Shown here: positions 37,804-46,592 of the stretch, piece by piece
Position numbering within the stretch: the first letter of the stretch is position 1
How the letters are laid out: each line of letters opens with the position of its first letter
Source of the DNA: Candidatus Uhrbacteria bacterium
GTDB lineage: Bacteria; Patescibacteriota; Patescibacteriia; UBA9934; GWF2-40-263
Assembly (NCBI GenBank): GCA_016188425.1
Contig: JACPHX010000006.1
Coordinates: 28,585-92,584 of the forward strand
Reading direction: 5' to 3'
DNA length: 64,000 nucleotides
Notes under the pieces: model-generated
Told to the model about the DNA's origin: nothing
Seen by the model: only the letters and a program-made list of their open reading frames with translations
The model's database searches: none
Program-made: the position numbers and the translations under genes

Positions 37804-38547
37804 CTACATCATCTCCATGATCCGCGCGGACACCACGACAAACACCGCCATCACAAGCACGCTTCCCAAGATTCCCATAAAGACCTGTTTTTTAGCTTTT
37901 GTATACGTCTCATCCGCTCCACTTGCCACCATCCAATTGAAAGACCCCAGAAGGACCAGGTTCGCACAGACAATTCCCATCATAAGAACAAGCACCCGCG
38001 CGCTCCGAAGGAGCATGAGCCCGCTTTCTTTCCCAGCGGAGACCGCGGAAGCGGCAAACGTTTGATCGGCAAAAGCGAGCGCTCCGACTGATACAAGAAC
38101 GAACAAAGGAAGCAACGACTGCACGAGGTCACGCACCCGTCCGCCATCCGCCCTGCCCGCGACCGCCTTCATGGCGATCCCCATCGCCTTTCCAAAATCC
38201 GCCTTGCTGCTCGCCCCAGAGGCCGCAAGCGATTCTTGCACGATCGCGCGCAATTCATCTTCCGGAAGTTGGGCGGGGAGATACGCCTCCAACAGCAAAA
38301 TTTCCCCTTCTGCCTTGGTGACCAATTCTGCGCGGCCTGCGCCGCGGGCGATCTCCAACGCTTCCTGCAGCTGCTTGAGCTGCCCCTTGACGATCGCCAA
38401 CGTTTCCTCGTCTGTGAGCGGATGCATCAGTTCGATTTGGCGGTTCTTGAGCGCCGATTTCAACAACCGCAGGGTAGAAACCCGCTCTGCCTGCTGTGCC
38501 TTATAGGCCGTCTTAAAATCGGCATCGATGCGCTCAAGGATAGTCAT
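37804..38547 (-). CDS. yqeY: GatB/YqeY domain protein fused to a C-terminal pilin-like membrane domain
   Basis: YLPAQL...DFGKAMG...GRADGG (YqeY), then ~100 aa including GSFNWMVASGADETYTKAKKQVFMGILG. Confidence 0.85.
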   Translation of the reverse strand: MTILERIDADFKTAYKAQQAERVSTLRLLKSALKNRQIELMHPLTDEETLAIVKGQLKQLQEALEIARGAGRAELVTKAEGEILLLEAYLPAQLPEDELRAIVQESLAASGASSKADFGKAMGIAMKAVAGRADGGRVRDLVQSLLPLFVLVSVGALAFADQTFAASAVSAGKESGLMLLRSARVLVLMMGIVCANLVLLGSFNWMVASGADETYTKAKKQVFMGILGSVLVMAVFVVVSARIMEMM

Positions 38548-38608
38548 AAAAGAAAAAGATTCATCTACAGGATAGGACAACTGGGCAAGGAAGACAACGG
38601 ACAAACGT

Positions 38609-38710
38609 AAAGGTCGAAGGTCAAAGTTCGAAGGCCGAAGGAAGGTTTTGTCTTTTTTAAAACAATGCCTTCTTCCAACCTTCGACCTTCAGAATTCGAC
38701 CTTCGACCTT
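38609..38710. repeat. Paired inverted 7-bp tandem arrays (TCGAAGG / CCTTCGA)
   Basis: Directly visible between yqeY and rpsU. Confidence 0.75.
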
Positions 38711-38733
38711 ATTTCTCAGCGATGTCTTCCCTT

Positions 38734-38988
38734 TTATCGCCGTCCTGGTTTCTTTTTCACCGCCAAATCCGCTTCGCTGACCCGTCCGCTCTTGATAAGC
38801 CACTCTCGCTGGGTTCCCTTCTTGATGCGGCGCAAGGCGCTTTTACGGGCGGCGTTTTTGGTTGGGGATCCGCCATGGAAACGGCGTTTCCGCGCCTCCA
38901 ACAACCGTCCGCTTTCCGAAATACGGCGGCTAAAGCGTCGCAGCACTCCTTCAAAACTTTCATTTCTACGTCGTTTTACTTCTGCCAC
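38734..38988 (-). CDS. rpsU: 30S ribosomal protein S21
   Basis: GTG start; EVKRRRNESFEGVLRRFSRR...EARKRRF; rpsU-yqeY synteny. Confidence 0.85.
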   Translation of the reverse strand: MAEVKRRRNESFEGVLRRFSRRISESGRLLEARKRRFHGGSPTKNAARKSALRRIKKGTQREWLIKSGRVSEADLAVKKKPGRR

Positions 38989-39043
38989 AGAGATGATTTT
39001 TATCCTTAATATGGCGTTAGAATGCCCGTCCCTCTGGAACCTG

Positions 39044-40414
39044 TCAACTCTCCGCCTCCACAGAGCCACCGGAAAGCTTCTTCTCCATCATGGGAACGAT
39101 TTTGAGGATATCAACGGTTTCCTGCGCCCCGGATTCCATATCGCGCACAAGTATCGTGCCGTCCAGCACTTCCTTCTGACCCAAGATGAGCGCATACGCA
39201 ACGCCAAGCTTATTGGCGGCCTCAAGTTGAGACTTGAGGGCGTTCTTCCCCGAGGCCTCGGCGATCAGCACATGGGCCTTGCGGAACTCTTCAAACACGC
39301 GCAAGCCGACCCGGCGCGCGGCATCGCCCAGCTGGGCAAAAAAAATCTTGGGGCGGTTGCGGAGCTCGGGCGCGGAACCGGATTCTGTCATGGCGCGCAC
39401 GGCACGCTCTATCCCAAAGGCAAACCCGCAGGCTGGAGCCGGCCGCTCCCCTCCCATCACCTCCACCAGACGGTCGTACCGGCCGCCGCCGCACAGCGAG
39501 TTCTGCGCGCGGTCACCCGCGTCCCCTTCCTGCCAGATTTCAAAAACCGTGTGGGTATAGTAATCGAGCCCGCGAACCAGGTGCGGGTTCAGGACATACG
39601 GAACTTGCACTTCATCTAGGTACTCAATCACCTTCATGAAATGATTTTTGGAATCTTCATCCAGCCAATCCAAAATTTGCGGGGCCGCCGCCAACAGCTC
39701 GATCGTTTGCGGATCCTTGCTATCCAAGAGGCGCAACGGATTTTTTTGCAGACGATGCTTGTCTTCTTCGCTCAACTTCGCGCGATGCGTACGGAAGTAC
39801 GCCGTCAGCTGGGTGAGATACGCCTGGCGGCTCTCGGGCGTCCCGATCGAGTTCAGCTGGACGCTTACTTTTATCCCCAAATCCTGAAAGAGACGCGTGG
39901 CGATCAGGATAAGCTGCGCGTCTACCACGGGGTCTTGCACCCCAAGCACCTCAAACCCGATCTGCTGGTGCTGGCGATACCGGCCCGCCTGCGGCCGATC
40001 GTGGCGGAACATGGGCAAGTCGTACCAAAGCTTCACGGGCTGGGGCAGGTTCCACATGCCGTGGTTGATATAGGCGCGCGCAATGGAAGCCGTCCCTTCC
40101 GGCCGCAGGGCGACTTGCGTCTCGGAAGGGTCGATGAAGGTATACATCTCTTTTTCAACGACGTCCGTATGTTTCCCCAGCGTACGCGTCCACAAATCGG
40201 CCCGTTCCAGCACGGGGAGTTCGATACGGCCAAAACTGTAGGCATCTGCCATGCCGCGCGCTTGGTCGCGCACGGCATCCCACTTCGCTTGCTCCTCCGG
40301 CAATACGTCGCGGAACCCGCGCAGCAATTCAGGAGGGGCTTTTTTCTTTTTTCCATCGAGGGACAGTTTCTTTTCCTCCTTCACCACTGGTTTTTTGTTG
40401 AACATAGGAATCAA
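39044..40414 (-). CDS. hisS: Histidine--tRNA ligase
   Basis: LRPEGTA, RPQAGRYRQ, LVRGLDYY, GGGRYD. Confidence 0.98.
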   Translation of the reverse strand: MIPMFNKKPVVKEEKKLSLDGKKKKAPPELLRGFRDVLPEEQAKWDAVRDQARGMADAYSFGRIELPVLERADLWTRTLGKHTDVVEKEMYTFIDPSETQVALRPEGTASIARAYINHGMWNLPQPVKLWYDLPMFRHDRPQAGRYRQHQQIGFEVLGVQDPVVDAQLILIATRLFQDLGIKVSVQLNSIGTPESRQAYLTQLTAYFRTHRAKLSEEDKHRLQKNPLRLLDSKDPQTIELLAAAPQILDWLDEDSKNHFMKVIEYLDEVQVPYVLNPHLVRGLDYYTHTVFEIWQEGDAGDRAQNSLCGGGRYDRLVEVMGGERPAPACGFAFGIERAVRAMTESGSAPELRNRPKIFFAQLGDAARRVGLRVFEEFRKAHVLIAEASGKNALKSQLEAANKLGVAYALILGQKEVLDGTILVRDMESGAQETVDILKIVPMMEKKLSGGSVEAES

Positions 40415-41031
40415 TCTAAAAATTGGTAAACGGGTCCCTCAAAGACGCGAAGGCGGGAGATGGGAAGGCCTCGTACCCATACCCGGCCGACGATATCGGA
40501 ACGGCGAATGGGACCGAAGCTGCGTGAATCGAGACTTTCATCACGATTATCTCCGAGCACATAATATTCGTCTTCCGCGAGCGTTTCCCGACGTTTCCCG
40601 AATGTCTCGACGCTGTCCAGATACGTCTCTGACAGAACTATTCCGTTAGGGTAATCCGTATTGGAAATCGTCACCTTTCCTTCACTTACCTCTATCGTTT
40701 CCCCTGGAAGCGCAATCACCCGCTTGATGAAATATTGCTTGGAATCCGTTGGCGGCCGGAACACCACGATCTCCCCCCGGTCCGGATGGCGGAACCGGTA
40801 GGAAAGCTCGTCGATGATGAGGTATTCGTGGTCATAAAAATTGGGCTCCATAGACGCCCCCTTCACATAAAACGGCTGGATCAAGAAGTACCGGATGGGC
40901 AAGATGATGGCAACCGCGATAATCAGGATCTCGACAATCTGGATGAAAAACAAACTGACCGCTCCGAGGGTGGGCCCAAAACGCTCAAACAAAAACGAAC
41001 GGTTCGGGGGTTTCTCGATGCCCTCATGCAT
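40411..41031 (-). CDS. lepB: Signal peptidase I
   Basis: GASMEP, FIKRVI..PG, GDNRDESLDSR. Confidence 0.96.
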   Translation of the reverse strand: MHEGIEKPPNRSFLFERFGPTLGAVSLFFIQIVEILIIAVAIILPIRYFLIQPFYVKGASMEPNFYDHEYLIIDELSYRFRHPDRGEIVVFRPPTDSKQYFIKRVIALPGETIEVSEGKVTISNTDYPNGIVLSETYLDSVETFGKRRETLAEDEYYVLGDNRDESLDSRSFGPIRRSDIVGRVWVRGLPISRLRVFEGPVYQFLD

Positions 41032-41129
41032 AGTGGTTGCTAGCGTATCACTCGGAAAGGGAAAAATCAAAAGGTGACGGATTCCCTGGAATCCTGCTAA
41101 ACTATTTTACAAATAAACCCCTCTTTCCT

Positions 41130-41399
41130 ATGGACCAGAGTTTTGTGTGGATCAGCATCCTTTTTTCCATCGTCATGTTCGTGGTAGGCATCGCCGCCTT
41201 CGTCTTCTGGGTGTACACCCTCATTCACGCGATCAAGCACGATAATAAGGACAAGGCGCTCTGGATCGTCCTCATCGTCTTCACGGGTGTCGTAGGCTCG
41301 CTCATCTACTACTTCGTCGTGATGCGCGCGACCACAAGCACGCCAACAGGAATGTCCGGGCATCATATGCCCCCGACGTCGATGCCGCCTTCGGCGTAG
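41130..41399 (+). CDS. Small membrane protein with PLDc N-terminal-like domain
   Basis: FWVYTLIH...K.LWIVLIVF...VGSLIYYF. Confidence 0.75.
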   Translation: MDQSFVWISILFSIVMFVVGIAAFVFWVYTLIHAIKHDNKDKALWIVLIVFTGVVGSLIYYFVVMRATTSTPTGMSGHHMPPTSMPPSA

Positions 41400-41416
41400 A
41401 CACAAAAGAAATACAT

Positions 41417-41450
41417 AAAAAATACCCAACTCATCGGTTGGGTATTTTTT
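41417..41450. terminator. Bidirectional intrinsic terminator
   Basis: AAAAATACCCAAC/GTTGGGTATTTTT between convergent genes. Confidence 0.75.
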
Positions 41451-41451
41451 A

Positions 41452-41528
41452 TGGTGGGCGTGAGAGGATTCGAACCTCTGACTTCTGTCGTGTGAGGACA
41501 GCGCTCTAACCAGCTGAGCTACACGCCC
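41452..41528 (-). tRNA. tRNA-Val(CAC)
   Basis: Cloverleaf; CTGTC-CT-CAC-AC-GACAG; CCA. Confidence 0.96.
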
Positions 41529-41619
41529 GTATTTGTGGGCAGAGCATAACAAGGGGGAAGAAAAGGTTCAAGCAGCGCGGTTGAAAAAATGCGACAGGCG
41601 CGCTACACTTCTTCTTGCT

Positions 41620-43179
41620 ATGGACCACCCGCAAATCGACTTTCTCAAAAAGAAATACGAACTCGATGAAGCGCGACGCCGGCCGTTTCTTTTTTTTGGG
41701 AAGGGGCTCGCGGTCCTCCTGGTCGTGGTCGCCGTCGCCGCCAGCGCCTTTTCCTACAAAATTGCAACCACGGCCGAAAGCCGCGGGTTCCTTGCTTCGA
41801 TCCCTCTGTTTCGACACATCACGAATATTGTCAGTGCGAATGAACAGAAACTGAAAGGAGAGGAAGAAGATCGCGTCAATATTCTGCTTCTGGGCATCGG
41901 GGGCGCCGGGCACGATGGCCCACAGCTTTCCGATACCAACATGCTTGTGAGTCTCCGCCCCTCCGATAAACGAGTCGCACTGCTTTCCATCCCCCGCGAC
42001 ATGGCCGTCCCGGTTCCCAACCATGGAACCGTAAAAATAAATAGCGCCAATGCCTATGGGGAAGCCCAGGAGGCCGGGGAAGGACCGGCGCTGGCAAGTG
42101 CCGTGGTGGCAGACGTATTCGCCCAACCCGTACATTATTATGTCCGTGTCGATTTCAGCGGATTCGCCGATCTGATCGATTCCTTGGGCGGCATCGATGT
42201 TGAGGTTGAACAGTCTTTCATGGATCCACAATATCCAACCCCAGGAAAAGAAGACGCCAATTGCGGTACCACCGAAACGATTCTGGATGAAAACCAACAA
42301 CCCCTCGAGGTGCCAACCTACGGATGCCGTTTCGAGGTACTCACGTTCAAAAAGGGGGAAAAGCACATGAACGGGCAGACCGCCCTCAAATTCGTACGCT
42401 CGCGCCACGGCAGCAACGGGGAGGGATCCGACTTCGCCCGCGCCCGTCGTCAACAGCTTGTGCTTGACGCCGTCAAACGAAAAATATTCTCGGCCTCCAC
42501 CCTTTTGAATCCCGCCAAAATCAGCGCGCTGCTTTCAACATTCAAAGCCAACATCAAAACCGATCTTGAACCGTGGGAAATTCTCCGCCTCGCCAACACA
42601 TTCGGAGAGGTAAAACGCGAAGAAATCATCAGCCACGTATTGGACGCCTCCCCAACGTCGCCCCTCTACGCCACCTCTTCTGCCACCGGTGCCTATATCC
42701 TCGCCCCCAAAAGCGGTGATTGGGACGCCGTGCGGGCCCTCACCGCCCAGCTGTTTGAACAAGAGCCGGACCTGTCGGCCGCCTCTTCTGTTTCGAAGGC
42801 CGCCCCCCTGCAAACACTGGCTCGCGTGTTCATTGAAAATGGAACACCGACCGTTGGGCTGGCAGGGCTCATGGAAAACGTCTTAAGCCCCGAAGGTTTC
42901 GCGGTGGAAGGGGTAGGCAATGCCCCCAGCCGTGACCACGACGCAACACTTGTGTACGTGCTCAATAACCAAAAAGCTGACGCCTTGGCCGTCTTGCGGG
43001 AACTGACAGGAACGGTCGTCATTATTGATGAAAACGGATGGTCTACCAAGGAGGACAATTTACCAACAACCATCACCAGAGACGCCGCTCGTTTCCCGGC
43101 GCTCAAGGAACAAAAGAAGGTTGACTTTGTGGTCATTTTAGGCAATGATGCGGCGAAGCGACTCTCGACCCAAGAATAA
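41620..43179 (+). CDS. LCP (LytR-CpsA-Psr) family protein with LytR_C domain
   Basis: NILLLG, SIPRD, KINSA, FVRSR...SDFARARRQQ, ENGT...GLA. Confidence 0.93.
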   Translation: MDHPQIDFLKKKYELDEARRRPFLFFGKGLAVLLVVVAVAASAFSYKIATTAESRGFLASIPLFRHITNIVSANEQKLKGEEEDRVNILLLGIGGAGHDGPQLSDTNMLVSLRPSDKRVALLSIPRDMAVPVPNHGTVKINSANAYGEAQEAGEGPALASAVVADVFAQPVHYYVRVDFSGFADLIDSLGGIDVEVEQSFMDPQYPTPGKEDANCGTTETILDENQQPLEVPTYGCRFEVLTFKKGEKHMNGQTALKFVRSRHGSNGEGSDFARARRQQLVLDAVKRKIFSASTLLNPAKISALLSTFKANIKTDLEPWEILRLANTFGEVKREEIISHVLDASPTSPLYATSSATGAYILAPKSGDWDAVRALTAQLFEQEPDLSAASSVSKAAPLQTLARVFIENGTPTVGLAGLMENVLSPEGFAVEGVGNAPSRDHDATLVYVLNNQKADALAVLRELTGTVVIIDENGWSTKEDNLPTTITRDAARFPALKEQKKVDFVVILGNDAAKRLSTQE

Positions 43180-43205
43180 TCGTTATCCGAAATCCGCTTC
43201 ATTGT

Positions 43206-44582
43206 ATGACCACCCAGCCGATGCCAACCGTGGCACTCGTCGGCCGCACCAATGTTGGAAAATCCACCCTCTTCAACCGCCTCACCGAAGGCCAGGATGC
43301 CATCACCAGCAAAGAACCTGGCACCACTCGCGACCGCAAGGAAGGGCGCGTGCTGTGGCGCGGCAAACTCTTGCGTCTCATCGATACCGGAGGATTGGAT
43401 GCGGGAACCGAAAACGACATTGATACGTCCGTCATCAAACAAGCCCACATCGCGATGAAAGAAGCGGATGTCGTTTTGTTTTTGGTCGACGCCAAGACCG
43501 GCCCGCTTCCCCAGGATGTCACGCTCGCGCGCACCCTCAAGCGAATGAAACTGAATGTATATCTTGTCCTAAACAAAGCAGACACGACCGGCGACCAGAT
43601 GACGATCCATAACAAGGAATGGATCAATCTTGGGCTGGGCGTCCCCATGGCCATTTCCGCCATCCGCAGCATCAGCTTGGGCGACCTGTTGGATCTGGTT
43701 CACACCGAACTGGATCGCCTGGGCAAACAACCGACGGAACCGTCAGAAGTGGAGGCGGTAAAAGTGGCCGTGCTTGGGCGCCCCAATGTCGGCAAGTCGT
43801 CTTTGCTGAACGCGATCATCGGCGGCGAGCGGTTCATCGCGACCCCGATTGCACACACCACTCGCGAGCCCAATGACACACTCATAGAGCACAACGGGAA
43901 GAACTATCTCTTTATCGACACCGCTGGTATTCGCAAGATGGGCAAAGGAGGAAAGGAACGACAGCTTGATAATGAGGGGTTGGAGAAGACAAAAGAAACC
44001 GTCCGTAACGCCGATGTCATCCTGCTCGTCCTGGATAGCTCGGAGCAACTTTCCGCATCCGACCGCCATCTGGGATCCATCATCGCGGACTCGCGCGCAG
44101 CCGTGATCGTGGTTGCCAACAAGTGGGACTTGCTGCCAGACAAAGACCCGACCACGCAAAACAAGTTCATCAAATACATCGCGGCGCACTTTACCCTCCT
44201 CACCTGGGCGCCGATCATCTTCACGAGCGCCAAGACCGGCCAACGCGTGGAGAAACTTTTTGATTTGATCGACAAGGTTGAATCTGCACGTCACCAAGTG
44301 CTGGACGAGGAACAGATGGAAAACTTCTGGCGCAAGGCGATCGTCCACCACAAGCCCGCCAAAAGCAAAGGGCCGAAACCCCCGAAGGTCCTGGGCATGC
44401 GCCAGACGCGCACCGCCCCGCCTACCTTCAACCTCCTCCTCAAAGCCAGCCGTCGGGACATGCTCCACCCCACCTACCTCCGCTACCTCGAAAACCGCAT
44501 GCGCGAGCACTTCGACCTCACCGGCACCCCGGTGCGCATCAACATCGAACTTCCGAGGGCACGCGCGAGTCAGCAGGCATAA
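43206..44582 (+). CDS. der: Ribosome biogenesis GTPase Der
   Basis: Two G domains (GRTNVGKS, GRPNVGKS) plus a KH-like tail. Confidence 0.97.
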   Translation: MTTQPMPTVALVGRTNVGKSTLFNRLTEGQDAITSKEPGTTRDRKEGRVLWRGKLLRLIDTGGLDAGTENDIDTSVIKQAHIAMKEADVVLFLVDAKTGPLPQDVTLARTLKRMKLNVYLVLNKADTTGDQMTIHNKEWINLGLGVPMAISAIRSISLGDLLDLVHTELDRLGKQPTEPSEVEAVKVAVLGRPNVGKSSLLNAIIGGERFIATPIAHTTREPNDTLIEHNGKNYLFIDTAGIRKMGKGGKERQLDNEGLEKTKETVRNADVILLVLDSSEQLSASDRHLGSIIADSRAAVIVVANKWDLLPDKDPTTQNKFIKYIAAHFTLLTWAPIIFTSAKTGQRVEKLFDLIDKVESARHQVLDEEQMENFWRKAIVHHKPAKSKGPKPPKVLGMRQTRTAPPTFNLLLKASRRDMLHPTYLRYLENRMREHFDLTGTPVRINIELPRARASQQA

Positions 44583-44687
44583 AAAAGAGACCCCCCGAGC
44601 CAAGTCGAGGGGTCTTTTTGTTTGTAAGATCTCATTTTTTTTGGTTCAATGCGCTCAATCCAACCCTAATCCGTAACGTCTGTTCCT

Positions 44688-45263
44688 ATGCACCTCATCC
44701 TCGGCCTGGGCAATCCGGAACCAAAATACGTCTCCACCCGCCACAACCTCGGGTTCCTTACGGTGGATGCGTTTGCGAAGGAACATTCGTTTTCCTTTAC
44801 ATCGAAAGACTCGATGTCTGCCGACGTAGCAGAAGGACGCATCAATGAAGAGAAGGTCGTCTTGGCAAAACCAACGACGCATATGAATTTGAGCGGCGAG
44901 GCAGTGAAGAAGCTCGTGGAGAAGTACCGCGTCGCGCCAGACCAAATCATCGTCGTCTACGACGATGCAGACCTTCCGTTTGGCATGATCCGCACCGGCG
45001 TCAACAAAAGCGCCGGCGGGCACAATGGTGTGCAATCCATCATCGAGAACCTCCCCGCCGAGGCCCCGTTCCTGCGTGTCCGCATGGGCATCGGCCGTCC
45101 GACGGATACAAGCATCCCCCTGGATGTTTGGGTGTTAAGCAAGTGGACAGATGAGGAACAAAAGGCGTTGCCGGAATTGATTGCGCGCGGAACGCAAGCC
45201 ATTGACGCGCTCCGAACATCACCTCCCCCCCCCTCTCCTCAACGAGGAGAGAAACCAAATTGA
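44688..45263 (+). CDS. pth: Peptidyl-tRNA hydrolase
   Basis: GLGNP...TRHN.GF, KP.T.MN.SG, GGHNG. Confidence 0.97.
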   Translation: MHLILGLGNPEPKYVSTRHNLGFLTVDAFAKEHSFSFTSKDSMSADVAEGRINEEKVVLAKPTTHMNLSGEAVKKLVEKYRVAPDQIIVVYDDADLPFGMIRTGVNKSAGGHNGVQSIIENLPAEAPFLRVRMGIGRPTDTSIPLDVWVLSKWTDEEQKALPELIARGTQAIDALRTSPPPPSPQRGEKPN

Positions 45264-45294
45264 CGTCCCCTTCCTTTTTCTCCCCCCTCTCAGA

Positions 45295-45413
45295 GTCCTG
45301 TCCTACAGGCATATAAGTGAATATTTATTAACTCGCTTCTCGCGCGATATGAAGATGTGCGCTCGTACGCTCAAACAGAATAAATATTCACTCATATGCC
45401 TGTAGGACAGGAC
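45295..45413. repeat. Hairpin element, copy A (35-bp arms, 49-bp core)
   Basis: Arms 45295-45329/45379-45413 with one mismatch; core shared with 60874-61002. Confidence 0.85.
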
Positions 45414-46487
45414 GACCTCCCCTTCTGGCTCGGCTTCGCCCGTTTCTCCCGCTTTGGCCCCAAGAGCATGGAGAGGATCCTCAATTCCTTCCCTTCCATG
45501 GAATCCGCATGGCGCGCGCCGGCGGATCGTCTTGTGATGATCGGCCTTCGAACGCCGACGGTAGAAAAATTTATCCTTGAGCGCGAAGGTATCAATTTGG
45601 ATCAGGAGATGGAACTTTTGCAAACCCACGGCCTTCGTATTGTGACCAGGCGGGACGCCGATTACCCGAAACCATTCACGCACCTCCATGACGCGCCCGC
45701 GTATTTCTTTTTGCGTGGCTCGCTCCCCAACCCGAAACTTCCAACCCTCGCGGTCGTCGGCTCGCGCACCGCCACAAGCTACGCCCACGCGGCGATGCGT
45801 ATCCTCGTGGAACCAGTCGCCGAAAACGGCGTCGTTATCGTGAGCGGTCTCGCGCGCGGCATAGACACGCTCGCGCATGAATGCGCGTTGCGCATGGGCG
45901 CGCCCACGATCGCTGTCATCGGCTCCGGCCTGGATCGCGCCAGCATGTATCCGGCACAAAATCGCGACCTTGCAGAGAGGATCGTCAAAAGCGGCGGCGC
46001 CGTCATCTCGGAATACCCGGTAGGAAAAGAGGCACACCCTGAGCATTTCCCCATCCGCAACCGCCTCATCGCGGCCCTGGGGAAAGCGACGCTTGTTGTA
46101 GAGGGCGCTATCAAATCCGGCTCGCTCATCACCGCCAAAGAGACGCTCGACGTCGGCCGTGACGTCCTTGCGGTCCCCGGCCCCATCACCTCCCCGCTCT
46201 CGGAAGGACCAAACGCCCTCATTCGCGCCGGCGCCGTCCCCGCCACCAAACCGGAAGACATCTACCACTCGCTTGGCGTCACGCCCCTGGAAGAAAAGAC
46301 AACTGCCGTCGCCGAGAACCCAACCGAAGAGGCCATCCTTGCCTCTCTCTCGCAGGTCGCGATTCATGTAGACGACCTCATCCGACAAACAAAACTACCT
46401 GCGATGACCGTTTTGAGCACGCTCACGATATTGGAAATGAGGGGAGCGGCGAGGTCGCTGTTGGGGAAAATGTATACGCGTGGGTAA
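45396..46487 (+). CDS. dprA: DNA-processing protein DprA
   Basis: AVVGSR, VSGLARGID, FP.RNRLI, SGSLITA, VPG.I. Confidence 0.97.
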   Translation: MPVGQDDLPFWLGFARFSRFGPKSMERILNSFPSMESAWRAPADRLVMIGLRTPTVEKFILEREGINLDQEMELLQTHGLRIVTRRDADYPKPFTHLHDAPAYFFLRGSLPNPKLPTLAVVGSRTATSYAHAAMRILVEPVAENGVVIVSGLARGIDTLAHECALRMGAPTIAVIGSGLDRASMYPAQNRDLAERIVKSGGAVISEYPVGKEAHPEHFPIRNRLIAALGKATLVVEGAIKSGSLITAKETLDVGRDVLAVPGPITSPLSEGPNALIRAGAVPATKPEDIYHSLGVTPLEEKTTAVAENPTEEAILASLSQVAIHVDDLIRQTKLPAMTVLSTLTILEMRGAARSLLGKMYTRG

Positions 46488-46585
46488 CAAGTTTCAAGGG
46501 TCGCAAGGGCGACAAGGGTTTCAAGAGCAAATGATTTAAGACAAACGCCCTTGCGACCCTTATAACACTTGAAACCCTTGCAACC
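46488..46585. repeat. Paired inverted 9-bp tandem arrays (TTTCAAGGG family)
   Basis: Also at 49703-49775; related GGAAAGGGC arrays at 59332-59441 and 52428-52465. Confidence 0.8.
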
Positions 46586-46592
46586 CCTCTCT

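Noticed and set aside
45303-46388. 361-aa minus-strand ORF
   Set aside because: Antisense to dprA; its repeated tail reflects the inverted repeat.
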